A stretch of DNA of 64,000 nt from Thermodesulfobacteriota bacterium (lineage in GTDB: Bacteria > Desulfobacterota_D > UBA1144 > Nemesobacterales > JAJCZQ01): positions 96,001 to 160,000 of the forward strand of contig OZ244044.1 in the NCBI GenBank assembly GCA_965215275.1, given 5' to 3'. Both the position numbers and the translations under genes were made by a program. This document shows, piece by piece, positions 31,686 through 41,625 of this stretch (positions are counted from its first letter, which is position 1; each line of letters opens with the position of its first letter). A model generated the notes under the pieces. That model had not been told where the DNA came from. It ran no database searches and saw only the letters and a list, made by a program, of their open reading frames with translations.

Positions 31686-32633
31686 ATGCTGAGTTCTTTT
31701 TATAACAGGCGTAAAGTAAAAAAAAGCCGGGAACTGTTAAGATCAGCCAAGTTAATGATCACTGAAAACGGTGCGGAACTGGATTCAGGCACTCTGACCT
31801 CATTAAAGGATAAAACGTCTGTTCTTGAGAGGTCCATTAAAGAAGGAGATCTGAACAGTATCGGATCTGCCTGTGATTCACTTATAAACTCCCATCCGGA
31901 CACCCTCAGTAAAGTTAAAAAAACCCAGTTGAGGAGGAACGTTGAGTCAGTTCTGATCGCCTTGCTTCTTGCTTTGCTTATAAGGACGTTCATCGTACAG
32001 CCTTTCAAAATTCCTTCTGCTTCCATGGTACCTACGCTGCTGGTCGGCGATCATCTGCTCGTAAGTAAATTTATTTACGGAACCAGAATACCTTTCACCG
32101 ATATTAAGGTATTTCCCCTTAATGAGATCGAAAGGGGGGACGTGGTGGTTTTCAGGTTTGCAGATAAGGAGTTTTCCAGTGACCAGAAGTACCTGCGTGA
32201 CGTTCACTACATAAAAAGGGTTATAGGCGTTCCTGGTGATAAGATAGATATGAAGGGCAGGGAGGTCTATATAAACGATAAAAGGATAGAACAGGAGTTT
32301 AATGACAACTATTTTTATTATGAAAAAGGAATTGAGGTTAAAACGGATAAATACGTAACTGCTTTAGGGGACCATGAATTTGACGTTATATATAAAAGCG
32401 GTTCGTTCGATACAAAAAGAGGCAAACTTGATTTTCCGATAACGGTTCCCGAAGGAAAGGTATTTGTTATGGGAGACAACAGGGACAACAGCTATGACAG
32501 CAGATTCTGGAGTTTTTTGCCATCGGGTTACGTGCTGGGCAAGGCGTTCGTTATACACTGGTCATGGGACTTTGACCAGGGTGGTATTTTAAATAAAGTA
32601 AGATGGGGCAGAATATTTTCAACAATAGACTGA
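31686..32633 (+). CDS. lepB: Signal peptidase I
   Basis: IPSASMVPTL, YIKRVIGVPGD, MGDNRDNSYDSRFW. Confidence 0.95.
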   Translation: MLSSFYNRRKVKKSRELLRSAKLMITENGAELDSGTLTSLKDKTSVLERSIKEGDLNSIGSACDSLINSHPDTLSKVKKTQLRRNVESVLIALLLALLIRTFIVQPFKIPSASMVPTLLVGDHLLVSKFIYGTRIPFTDIKVFPLNEIERGDVVVFRFADKEFSSDQKYLRDVHYIKRVIGVPGDKIDMKGREVYINDKRIEQEFNDNYFYYEKGIEVKTDKYVTALGDHEFDVIYKSGSFDTKRGKLDFPITVPEGKVFVMGDNRDNSYDSRFWSFLPSGYVLGKAFVIHWSWDFDQGGILNKVRWGRIFSTID

Positions 32634-32691
32634 TATGTCGCGGTCGCGGTTTGTATGATAAGGCAATTACGGGGATTTTATTATCATTGTT

Positions 32692-33243
32692 ATGAAAGAA
32701 AAAATTATGAAAGAAAAGGTCTTACTTAGCTCAAGGGAAATAGACAGAAAGATATTGAGGATCGTTCACGAGATAATTGAGAAGAATCGTGGGGTGAGCA
32801 ACGTTGCAATAATAGGAATAAAAACACGAGGGGAATTTATAGGCAGAAGGATAAGTGAGAGTTTAAAAAAAGCAGAAAAGAAAAAGATCTTATTTGGCAC
32901 CCTGGATATAACTCTGTACAGGGATGACCTGAGAAATAAACTGAAGTTACCTGAGCTCAAAAGGACCGATATAAGTTTTGATATAGATAAACTGAAGATC
33001 ATACTTGTGGACGACGTGCTTTATACGGGACGTACGATAAGAGCTGCAATAGATGCAGTAATGGACCTTGGCCGTCCATCTAACATACAGCTTGCAGTAT
33101 TGATCGACCGTGGATTAAGGGAGTTACCTATCCATCCTGATTTTGTGGGATTGGAAATAGAGACTTCGGATAAAGAAAAGATCAATGTATTTTTAAAAGA
33201 GCACGATAAAAAAGATGAAGTAGTGCTTATAGAAAATGGGTGA
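32692..33243 (+). CDS. pyrR: PyrR regulator / uracil phosphoribosyltransferase
   Basis: LDITLYRDD, LVDDVLYTGRTIRAA, RELPI. Confidence 0.95.
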   Translation: MKEKIMKEKVLLSSREIDRKILRIVHEIIEKNRGVSNVAIIGIKTRGEFIGRRISESLKKAEKKKILFGTLDITLYRDDLRNKLKLPELKRTDISFDIDKLKIILVDDVLYTGRTIRAAIDAVMDLGRPSNIQLAVLIDRGLRELPIHPDFVGLEIETSDKEKINVFLKEHDKKDEVVLIENG

Positions 33244-34180
33244 GTTTAACAGAAAACATATAATTTCTCTTTCCGAATTATCCGCTGATGAAATAGATCA
33301 TATTCTGGATACCGCCGTATCCATGAAACAGATAACGACCAGGGATCTGAAAAAAGTGCCCACTTTGCAAGGTGTTACCGTGGTCAATCTTTTTTTTGAA
33401 CCCAGTACCAGGACCAGGTCTTCGTTCGAGATCGCAGAAAAAAGATTAAGTGCAGACGTGCTTAATTTCACTTCATCGCAAAGCAGCGTCGTAAAAGGGG
33501 AATCGCTCGTTGATACGGCCAAGAACCTGCAGTCCATGGGAGCAACTATAATCGTAATAAGGCATCCTATGTCGGGAGCACCCTGGGTACTGGCAAGAGA
33601 ATCCACCGCGTCAATTATCAATGCGGGGGATGGCTGTCATGAGCATCCCAGTCAGGCGCTACTTGATCTGTTCACTATAAGACAGATAAAAGGGAAGATC
33701 GACGGTCTGAACGTTTTGATAGTTGGAGATATCCTGAACAGCAGGGTTGCAAGGTCCAATATATACGGACTTTTGAAACTCGGGGCGAATATCAAGCTTG
33801 TGGGACCGGGTTCTCTGATACCGAGTTATTTTAAAGAAATGGGACTTGACGTCTTTTACAGACTTGAAGACGCCCTTGTGGATACGGACGTAATTATTAT
33901 GTTGCGGATTCAGAAGGAAAGGAAGAGCCTTGAGTACTTCCCGTCGATCAGAGAATATTCCAGGTTCTTTGGATTGACCGGTGAAAAGCTCAAATTGGCA
34001 AAAGATGACGTTATGATAATGCACCCGGGTCCAATTAACAGAGGTGCGGAGATGACCTCTGAAGTTGCAGATGATGGGAGGTCGGTGATCTTGGATCAGG
34101 TTACGAACGGAATAGCCATAAGAATGGCGCTTATATACCTTGTTGCCAGATGGAGGTCTGATGAAAATGATACTGATTAA
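33236..34180 (+). CDS. pyrB: Aspartate carbamoyltransferase
   Basis: FFEPSTRT, HPSQALLD, HPGPINRG. Confidence 0.97.
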   Translation: MGEFNRKHIISLSELSADEIDHILDTAVSMKQITTRDLKKVPTLQGVTVVNLFFEPSTRTRSSFEIAEKRLSADVLNFTSSQSSVVKGESLVDTAKNLQSMGATIIVIRHPMSGAPWVLARESTASIINAGDGCHEHPSQALLDLFTIRQIKGKIDGLNVLIVGDILNSRVARSNIYGLLKLGANIKLVGPGSLIPSYFKEMGLDVFYRLEDALVDTDVIIMLRIQKERKSLEYFPSIREYSRFFGLTGEKLKLAKDDVMIMHPGPINRGAEMTSEVADDGRSVILDQVTNGIAIRMALIYLVARWRSDENDTD

Positions 34181-35456
34181 AAGCGGCAGAGTGATAGACC
34201 CTGCCAATAACGTTGATAGTATTAAGAACGTTCTTATCAGTAAGGACCGTATAGAAGGCTATCCGGAAGATATAAAGGCTTTTGGATCAAATCGTCGCAA
34301 GGTAAAGGTTATTGATGCCGCAGGCATGGTCGTGGTCCCCGGGCTGATAGACGTACATGTTCATCTGAGAGAACCTGGGTACGAGCATAAGGAAACGATA
34401 AGAACGGGAACCTTATCCGCGGCGGCAGGAGGTTTCACTTCCATAGCCTGCATGCCAAATACAGACCCTGTTAACGACAATGCATCAGTGACTGATTATA
34501 TTTTACTTAAAGCTCTTACAGAAGGTGTCGTTAATGTTTTTCCGATCGGGGCAATAACCAAAGGTGAAGAAGGAAAAGAGCTTGCCGAGATCGGTGAAAT
34601 GTGCCAGGCAGGCTGTGTAGGGATATCGGACGACGGTATGCCCGTTGTAAATTCAAATCTGATGAGAAGGGCTATGGAGTACGTGAGGTCCTTTGATATT
34701 CCTGTAATTACTCATGCAGAAGACAGATATCTTTCAGACGGAGGCGTTGTTAATGAAGGAAAGTATTCAACTCTTCTTGGATTAAAAGGTATTCCCAGTG
34801 CATCTGAAGAGGTGATGATCGCCAGAGACGTCAGACTGTCTGAACTGACCGGTACTCACCTTCATGTGTGTCACGTGTCAACTGAAGGTTCCGTAAGGAT
34901 AATTAAAGATGCTAAAAAGCGAGGTGTAAAAGTAACTGCAGAGGCAACCCCTCACCATTTTATCCTATCTGATGAGGAGGTGCTGGACTTCAACACTAAT
35001 GCCAAAATGAACCCACCTTTGAGATCTGAAAAGGACGTTAAAGCTATAAGAAAAGGGCTTAAAGATGGTACGATCGATGTGATCGCAACTGATCACGCTC
35101 CGCATAGTGAAGATGAAAAGAACGTGGAGTTTGATAAAGCTCCTTTTGGCATTGTTGGATTAGAAACGGCATTGCCATTATCCCTGACCCTCATAGACAA
35201 AAAGATACTTACCTTAAACCAGGTCATAGAAAAGTTGACTGTGCTGCCTGCCAAGATTATAAACATTGACAGAGGAACTCTCGGTCAAAATGAAATAGCG
35301 GACGTGACCATCTTTGATCCAAACGAAAGTTTCACAGTTGATAAAAGCAAGTTCAGCTCAATGAGCAATAACACTCCTTTTGATAAATGGAAATTGAGAG
35401 GCAAGGTCAAATACACTATCGTCTCCGGCCGAATTGTTTATACAGATAAGGTTTAG
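34167..35456 (+). CDS. pyrC: Dihydroorotase
   Basis: DVHVHLREPG, KMNPPLR, ATDHAPH; start probably at the ATG near 34161-34167. Confidence 0.95.
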   Translation: MILIKSGRVIDPANNVDSIKNVLISKDRIEGYPEDIKAFGSNRRKVKVIDAAGMVVVPGLIDVHVHLREPGYEHKETIRTGTLSAAAGGFTSIACMPNTDPVNDNASVTDYILLKALTEGVVNVFPIGAITKGEEGKELAEIGEMCQAGCVGISDDGMPVVNSNLMRRAMEYVRSFDIPVITHAEDRYLSDGGVVNEGKYSTLLGLKGIPSASEEVMIARDVRLSELTGTHLHVCHVSTEGSVRIIKDAKKRGVKVTAEATPHHFILSDEEVLDFNTNAKMNPPLRSEKDVKAIRKGLKDGTIDVIATDHAPHSEDEKNVEFDKAPFGIVGLETALPLSLTLIDKKILTLNQVIEKLTVLPAKIINIDRGTLGQNEIADVTIFDPNESFTVDKSKFSSMSNNTPFDKWKLRGKVKYTIVSGRIVYTDKV

Positions 35457-35650
35457 TTACTTACTAAAGAACTTATTTTTCAAACATGGTCCTCCATGTT
35501 CCTTAGGTAAAAGTCCCATATTACTATTGGATGTAGAATGATACATTAATTAAGGACATTCACTTTAAATAATATAGAAGTTTATATTGTTTAGATTTAT
35601 TCCAAAAAGTTAAATAGAAAACTCCATGAATTTACCAAAGAGGGTTAATT

Positions 35651-36796
35651 ATGGAGACAAAAACAGTTCAAAAAATGTTTAAGTTCAAAGTAGAAAATTT
35701 AGGTTGCATAAAAAAAGGGGAATTCACGCAAAAACCACTGACTATCTTCTGTGGTCCCAATAACAGTGGAAAAACTTGGACTATGTATTCTCTTTATCAT
35801 TTTCTTTGTAAGATCACATCAGCAAAAAAAGATATAACTTTGAGAAAATTTAATACATCTTTATCAAATGATCTGCCAGATGTGTTTAACACCACGTCAG
35901 AAAATATAAAAAACGCTAATTTCAGCTTTAATGTTACAACAGAGCATTTTGATCATATATTAAAAACAGAAATAAATAGTGATAGTAATACTTTCCTTAT
36001 ACCAGCAGAACGAAGCGGTTTGCATTTGTTCTTTAGAGAGTTAAGAACCAGGCGTACTGCTTTATTACATTATGCGTCTAAAGAAAATATTAATATTCAT
36101 CAATTATTAGAGGATGTTATACACTCCCGTTACTCCATTCCTGTTGCAAAATATATTAACTGGTTGAATCAGATGGATGAAATAACAAAGCAAAGAGCGG
36201 ACTTTCACGATTTCGCACAACAAATACAGAAAAAATTAGTAGGTGGTATTTACAAGGTGTCTGCTAAAACCAGTGATATAGAATTTAAACCCTATCAAAA
36301 AAAGCGCGATGGAAATAGCACTCAGTATATGAGTTTGCACCTTACCTCCAGTATTGTGAAAAGCTTGTTCGGGCTTTGGTTCTATTTACAGAATCAAGCA
36401 AAGAAAGGAGATGTTTTAATGATAGATGAACCAGAATTAAATATACACCCGGAGAATCAAAGACAAATCGCACGATTATTGGCTAGATTGGTCAATGCAG
36501 GGCTAAAAGTGGTTATTAGCACACACAGCGATTATATTGTAAGAGAACTCAACTCACTTATTATGCTAAATCAGGATAAAGATAAAAACTTACAAACTAA
36601 ACATAAATATTTGCCAGATGAGATATTAAAAACAGAACAAGTTGCTGCCTATCTATTTGATGATCAAACTATAAAGCCCTTTGAAATATCAGACGATGAT
36701 GGTATTTATGCAACCACTTTTGATAGAGTGATAAAAGATATAAATCAGGTTAACGACGATATCTATTATAGCTTACAGGATAAAGAGTGCGACTGA
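35651..36796 (+). CDS. ABC-type (AAA_15/AAA_21-like) ATPase, AT-rich and probably acquired
   Basis: GPNNSGKT, LIPAER, LMIDEPELNIHP, ISTHS. Confidence 0.8.
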   Translation: METKTVQKMFKFKVENLGCIKKGEFTQKPLTIFCGPNNSGKTWTMYSLYHFLCKITSAKKDITLRKFNTSLSNDLPDVFNTTSENIKNANFSFNVTTEHFDHILKTEINSDSNTFLIPAERSGLHLFFRELRTRRTALLHYASKENINIHQLLEDVIHSRYSIPVAKYINWLNQMDEITKQRADFHDFAQQIQKKLVGGIYKVSAKTSDIEFKPYQKKRDGNSTQYMSLHLTSSIVKSLFGLWFYLQNQAKKGDVLMIDEPELNIHPENQRQIARLLARLVNAGLKVVISTHSDYIVRELNSLIMLNQDKDKNLQTKHKYLPDEILKTEQVAAYLFDDQTIKPFEISDDDGIYATTFDRVIKDINQVNDDIYYSLQDKECD

Positions 36797-36903
36797 GAAA
36801 TACTATAACAATGCCGAGTTTTCCACCATATCAGTTCTATAGGTCTTTCGGTCTTTGAAGCGTGAAATTTTAAAGAACCACCTGATCCAGACACGCTCTG
36901 TGT

Positions 36904-38523
36904 TTAATACTTCTGAAGATTTTGTGGAACGTACCACTCAAGCAGATCAGGCCCCAAAGGGTAAATAATTACATTTTTAAATCTGTTGTTTACTGCCACC
37001 GTTGACATACCGCAGAAAAGAAAAGTATATGGCTGTTCTTTATGAACTATTTCGGCAAATTCCTTGTAAAGAACAATTCTTTTTTTTCTATCAAATTCCC
37101 GTCTTGCCCTGCTGATTAGCTCGTCGGCTCTTTTGTTTTTAAATCCAACGAAATTGGACCCTCTCTCAGCTTGAGTCGAACTCCATATCTGGTACGGGTC
37201 AGATTCAACTCCCATGCTCCATCCGAGTGTGACGGCATCGAACTTTCTCTCGTTCAATCTTGTGGTAAACACTGCCCATTCCGTTTTTCGTATTTTCATA
37301 ATAATACCCGTCTTATCAAGTTCCTCTTTTAATATCGTTGCTATTTTCTCTCCGGTTTCTGATCCGCTGGGCAAAAGGAACTCGAACTCGAACTTGATTC
37401 CGTTCTTGTCCCTTATTCCATCACCGTTATGATCCGTCCATCCTGCTTCCTCTAATAGTTTTCGTGCTTTTTCAGGATTGAATTCAAAAGGGTCAATGGA
37501 TCTGTTGTACTCGGGACTGTTTATATAAAAAGGGTTGGTGATGATAACGCCCAGATCAAGGAGCACTTTTTTTAAGATAAGTTCTCTGTTCAGAAGATGG
37601 GTCATTGCGGTCCTGACCCTTCTGTCGTTGAAGTAGGGCTTATTTGTGTTCCAGCCTATGAAGCTGTAGTTGGGTCTGTAGTATTTATGTTTATTGAATT
37701 TTTTTTTGAAGGATTGGGTCTTGCTTTGCTTATCCCACTGAATTGGAGTAAGTCCGGAATAATCAAGTTCACCTCTCTTTAAGACCTGAAAAGCCACAGT
37801 TCTGTCGTTTATTATCTTAAAAACGATCTTTTGCAGTTTGGGCTTCTCTCCCCAGTAGTTTTCATTTTTTTCAAGCAGTATCTCACTTCCTGTGGTCCAT
37901 TTAACGAATTTATACGGACCCGTGCCTATGGGCTTTCTTGAGTGAGGGTTTTTATTAAAATCTTTTCCGCTGAAAAGATGAGCGGGAACGATCGGCATTC
38001 CACCGCAGAATTCCAGAGCCAGGAAATAAGGTCTGGAGTAAATGAACTCGACCGTGTGGTCGTCAATGGCTTTTACGTCAAGTATATCCTTATAGTAGTT
38101 CCTTAAGTGTGGAGTATCAACCTCCGGGTCCATTATAGATCTGTATGAAAAAACAACGTCCTTAGAGGTAAAAGGTACTCCGTCCTGCCATTTGACTTTT
38201 TGCTTTAATCTGAACTTGTACCTTAGCTTATCATCGGAAATTTCCCACGACCTTGCAAGAAGAGGTTTGATCTCCAGCGTCTTGTTATCTCTTTTTGTAA
38301 GGGTCTCGTAGATATTACCGTTTATTACTGACTCATAAACATCAGTAGCGGTTATAGGATTTAAAGTTGAAGGTTCGGACGACAGATGGTAGATAAGCCA
38401 TCCACCGGAAGCTTTTTTCCCGTTATTGTTCTTTAGTTCGTTCTGATTACAGGAAGATAGATAAAGACTTCCAAAGATATATATAAATACCAAAAAGATC
38501 TTAGCAGGATTGCTTAACTTCAT
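36904..38523 (-). CDS. Peptide ABC transporter substrate-binding lipoprotein (SBP family 5)
   Basis: Lipobox LSSC, EPSTLNP, PIGTGPYKF. Confidence 0.9.
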   Translation of the reverse strand: MKLSNPAKIFLVFIYIFGSLYLSSCNQNELKNNNGKKASGGWLIYHLSSEPSTLNPITATDVYESVINGNIYETLTKRDNKTLEIKPLLARSWEISDDKLRYKFRLKQKVKWQDGVPFTSKDVVFSYRSIMDPEVDTPHLRNYYKDILDVKAIDDHTVEFIYSRPYFLALEFCGGMPIVPAHLFSGKDFNKNPHSRKPIGTGPYKFVKWTTGSEILLEKNENYWGEKPKLQKIVFKIINDRTVAFQVLKRGELDYSGLTPIQWDKQSKTQSFKKKFNKHKYYRPNYSFIGWNTNKPYFNDRRVRTAMTHLLNRELILKKVLLDLGVIITNPFYINSPEYNRSIDPFEFNPEKARKLLEEAGWTDHNGDGIRDKNGIKFEFEFLLPSGSETGEKIATILKEELDKTGIIMKIRKTEWAVFTTRLNERKFDAVTLGWSMGVESDPYQIWSSTQAERGSNFVGFKNKRADELISRARREFDRKKRIVLYKEFAEIVHKEQPYTFLFCGMSTVAVNNRFKNVIIYPLGPDLLEWYVPQNLQKY

Positions 38524-38534
38524 CCGTTTCTTTT

Positions 38535-39311
38535 TCAGCCGATTTGCTCTTTATCGTTCTTATGACCGTCCATAAAGGGCTTTATAATATCTATGGGAAG
38601 AGGCACAACAATGGTTGATCCTTTATCCGAGGACATTTCCATCATTGTCTGTAAATACCTTAACTGCAGTGACATCGGGTTTTTAGACAGAATATCAGAA
38701 GCTTCAGCGAGCTTTGTTGATGCCTGATATTCACCTTCAGCTGCTATGACCTTTGCTCTTCTTTCTCTTTCTGCTTCAGCCTGGCGTGCCATTGCTCTTT
38801 GCATTTCCTGTGGCAGGTCAACGTATTTTACTTCTACCAGTGTAACCTTTATGCCCCAGGCATCCGTTTGTTTATCAAGTACGTCCTGAAGTTTTAAGTT
38901 CAGTGTTTCCCTTTCTGCTAACAGGTCATCAAGTTCGACCTGTCCCAGTACGCTTCTCAGGGTTGTTTGTGCCAGCTGGGACGTTGCATACAGGTAATTT
39001 TCCACCTGAACTTCCGCTTTTTCCGGTTCCAGTACCCTGAAATAAACCACGGCATTTACCTTTACCGAGACGTTATCCTTGGTAATTACGTCCTGAGGAG
39101 GTACGTCCATTGTAATTACCCGCAGGCTTATTTTCACCATCTTATCTATGAAAGGGATAATAAATTGTAACCCAGGACCCTTTGTACCCGACAGTCTTCC
39201 AAGTCTGAAGATAACACCTCTTTCGTACTCTTTAAGTATCTTGACGCTGTTGTAAATTATGAGTAATCCGATGATAACAACAAAAACGATCATTCCCATT
39301 GTTGCCTCCAA
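38535..39311 (-). CDS. SPFH/slipin (stomatin-like) protein
   Basis: [33 protein letters not shown]. Confidence 0.93.
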   Translation of the reverse strand: MEATMGMIVFVVIIGLLIIYNSVKILKEYERGVIFRLGRLSGTKGPGLQFIIPFIDKMVKISLRVITMDVPPQDVITKDNVSVKVNAVVYFRVLEPEKAEVQVENYLYATSQLAQTTLRSVLGQVELDDLLAERETLNLKLQDVLDKQTDAWGIKVTLVEVKYVDLPQEMQRAMARQAEAERERRAKVIAAEGEYQASTKLAEASDILSKNPMSLQLRYLQTMMEMSSDKGSTIVVPLPIDIIKPFMDGHKNDKEQIG

Positions 39312-39314
39312 ATT

Positions 39315-40730
39315 TTATACTTTGGATACTTTTATATCCAAGCTTCCTTCACTTTCAATAACTTTTATCTCATCATCTTTATTTAATACTTCTTCGCTGT
39401 GTACGTTCCAGTATTCACCATTTATAAATGCTTTACCTGTTTTTCCACTGCAATCGATCATTTTACCGCGCTGACCCACCAATCCTTCATAACCGCTCAT
39501 TGTGTTAAGGTCCCATGTTTTCCTTACCGAGTAGATTATAAATACGAAGAATATTCCGAGTGCAAGGGAAGTTGCAAATATAATGCTGTAGCCAACTCTC
39601 AGGTTCGATTCATCTGTATCGAACAGCAACAACCCTCCAAAAACAAAGCTCAGCAATCCTGCAAGGCTAAGAAGTCCGTAGCTTGTGACGTACAGCTCTG
39701 AGACGAACAACGCAAGTCCGATAAAGATCAATGCAAGTCCTGCGTAATTAAAGGGCAGTATTTGAAGTGAGACGAACCCGATTATCAATGAGATCAAACC
39801 GGCAACACCGGGGAATATGGTACCGGGATTATAAAACTCTATAATTATTCCAAGAGACCCCAGAGATAGCAGCAGAAACGCTATATCTGGGGTACTAAGA
39901 ATGTTTATGATCTTCTGCTTCAGGCTCATTTCAAGTCTTTTCTGCTCTGTACCTTTTGTGTTCAATACGACCGCTTTTTCACCGACCTTTACTTTTTTTC
40001 CATTGACCGAGTTAAGCAGGGAGGGGATGTTGGGAGATATCAGGTCTATTACGTTCTTTTCCAGAGCTTCTTTTGCAGTTATGGAATCGCTGCTTCTTAC
40101 GGCATTCTCGGCCCATTTGACGTTTCTTCCTCTTTCTTCGGCGATACTTCGTATAAAAGACACTGCGAACTTCTCTATCTTCTCGCCCATAATATTTTCG
40201 GTGGTTTTATCTTCTTTATTTCTGTTCTTTCCCTTTTCAAAAGGATTTTTCTGAGGTCCGCTGTTCCTGTTACCTATACTTACTGGATGTGCTGCACCGA
40301 TACTTGTACCCGGAGCCATAGCGGCAACGTTACCGGCCAGGGTAATGAACACCCCGGCTGATGTAGCTGATGCACCTTTTGGGGACACATATACGATTAT
40401 GGGGACCTCGGAATTAAGTAATAATTTAACTATGTCCTTTGTTGAACTGAGAAGACCTCCAGGTGTGTCAAGTAAAATAAGTACTGCCTCTGAGCCTTCT
40501 TTCTCGGCTTCTTTTATACCTGCCTTTATATAATCGGTCGTTGAGGGGTTTATAGTGCCGTTTATCTCAATGGTTATAACGTTCCGGCCAAGGTCGCCGC
40601 CTGCAGGGTCTGACGTTGTCTGAGCATATGAAGTTCCGTGGAAGGAAAACAAAGCGATCAACAGGAAATTCGTTATGTATGGATACATAATTATCATCAG
40701 ATTATACACGGTGTCTTTGGATAATTCCAT
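39315..40730 (-). CDS. nfeD: NfeD-family membrane serine protease
   Basis: LDTPGG, ATSAG, GTSIGAAHPV, TM bundle, C-terminal OB domain (NGEYW); paired with SPFH gene; true start may lie downstream. Confidence 0.9.
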   Translation of the reverse strand: MELSKDTVYNLMIIMYPYITNFLLIALFSFHGTSYAQTTSDPAGGDLGRNVITIEINGTINPSTTDYIKAGIKEAEKEGSEAVLILLDTPGGLLSSTKDIVKLLLNSEVPIIVYVSPKGASATSAGVFITLAGNVAAMAPGTSIGAAHPVSIGNRNSGPQKNPFEKGKNRNKEDKTTENIMGEKIEKFAVSFIRSIAEERGRNVKWAENAVRSSDSITAKEALEKNVIDLISPNIPSLLNSVNGKKVKVGEKAVVLNTKGTEQKRLEMSLKQKIINILSTPDIAFLLLSLGSLGIIIEFYNPGTIFPGVAGLISLIIGFVSLQILPFNYAGLALIFIGLALFVSELYVTSYGLLSLAGLLSFVFGGLLLFDTDESNLRVGYSIIFATSLALGIFFVFIIYSVRKTWDLNTMSGYEGLVGQRGKMIDCSGKTGKAFINGEYWNVHSEEVLNKDDEIKVIESEGSLDIKVSKV

Positions 40731-40836
40731 TGAGAATATTGCTTAGTATAGACCAGGGTTAAGAAGAGAACCGAACCTTCTTGCTTTACAGTTTCATGAA
40801 AGGGAACTTTATAGGGTTTATCTTGAATAATGCTAC

Positions 40837-41490
40837 TTGTTTATTTATAGTATATTTACATTAACAGTGGAAAAAATTAAATATACACAGAAAGAACTGA
40901 AGCAGCCGGATAAGTTCACAGCTTTTATTGTAAGGCTGGTGGACAAGGTTGAAAAAAACTTTAATAAGATTCTGTTTGCTCTCGTTGCCACCGTTCTGGT
41001 ATTTGCTTTCGTTTTAGGTTTTAACTTTTACCAAAATAAAAAAAGCGATGGCGTTGGAGCTAAGTTTGCAGATGCCCTTGAACTTTACAACAGTGGTAAT
41101 GCTGAGGAAGCGCTGGGCAGATTTTCAGATATAGCATCAAGGTATCCAGACGAGCAGGCGGCTAAACTCTCCATCTATTATTCCGGAACTATATACTACG
41201 ACTCTGATCAGTATGAGAAAAGCATTGAAAAGATGCAGGAATATCTTGAAAGTAAACCTGATAGCCAGGTCCTTAGGGATAGCAGTAATTTAACGCTAGG
41301 GCTTGCTTATTATAATCTGCAAAAATGGGAAGATTCGATTAAATCCCTGTCCAAGATAGATAGTTCAGACAGTCTTTACAGAAAAGCGGCTAAGATAAAC
41401 CTTGCTCTTGCCTATGAAAAAACGGGTCAGGCCCAGAAGGCACAGGAAATATACAAACTTATTCTTCCATATCTGACCGCTTCTGAATGA
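40837..41490 (+). CDS. Membrane-anchored tetratricopeptide repeat protein (YfgM-like)
   Basis: KELKQPDKF, one TM helix, TPR-like helices. Confidence 0.75.
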   Translation: MFIYSIFTLTVEKIKYTQKELKQPDKFTAFIVRLVDKVEKNFNKILFALVATVLVFAFVLGFNFYQNKKSDGVGAKFADALELYNSGNAEEALGRFSDIASRYPDEQAAKLSIYYSGTIYYDSDQYEKSIEKMQEYLESKPDSQVLRDSSNLTLGLAYYNLQKWEDSIKSLSKIDSSDSLYRKAAKINLALAYEKTGQAQKAQEIYKLILPYLTASE

Positions 41491-41586
41491 TCGCGAGATA
41501 AACTGGTAGTTGAACTTACATTTATAGGTGGTTCAACACAGCTTTACATGATTATTATCACTGTAAGAAATAAAAGAAGTCCATAC

Positions 41587-41616
41587 TTGACATTCGTTCA
41601 TAATACCTGGTAAAAT
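41587..41616 (+). promoter_or_regulatory. Near-consensus sigma70 promoter
   Basis: TTGACA-18 nt-TAAAAT with extended -10 TG, ending 9 nt before ATG 41626. Confidence 0.6.
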
Positions 41617-41625
41617 AAAAGAGTT

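Noticed and set aside
32634..32691. PyrR-binding attenuator upstream of pyrR
   Set aside because: The gap is short and no terminator/antiterminator or PyrR-binding loop was recognisable.
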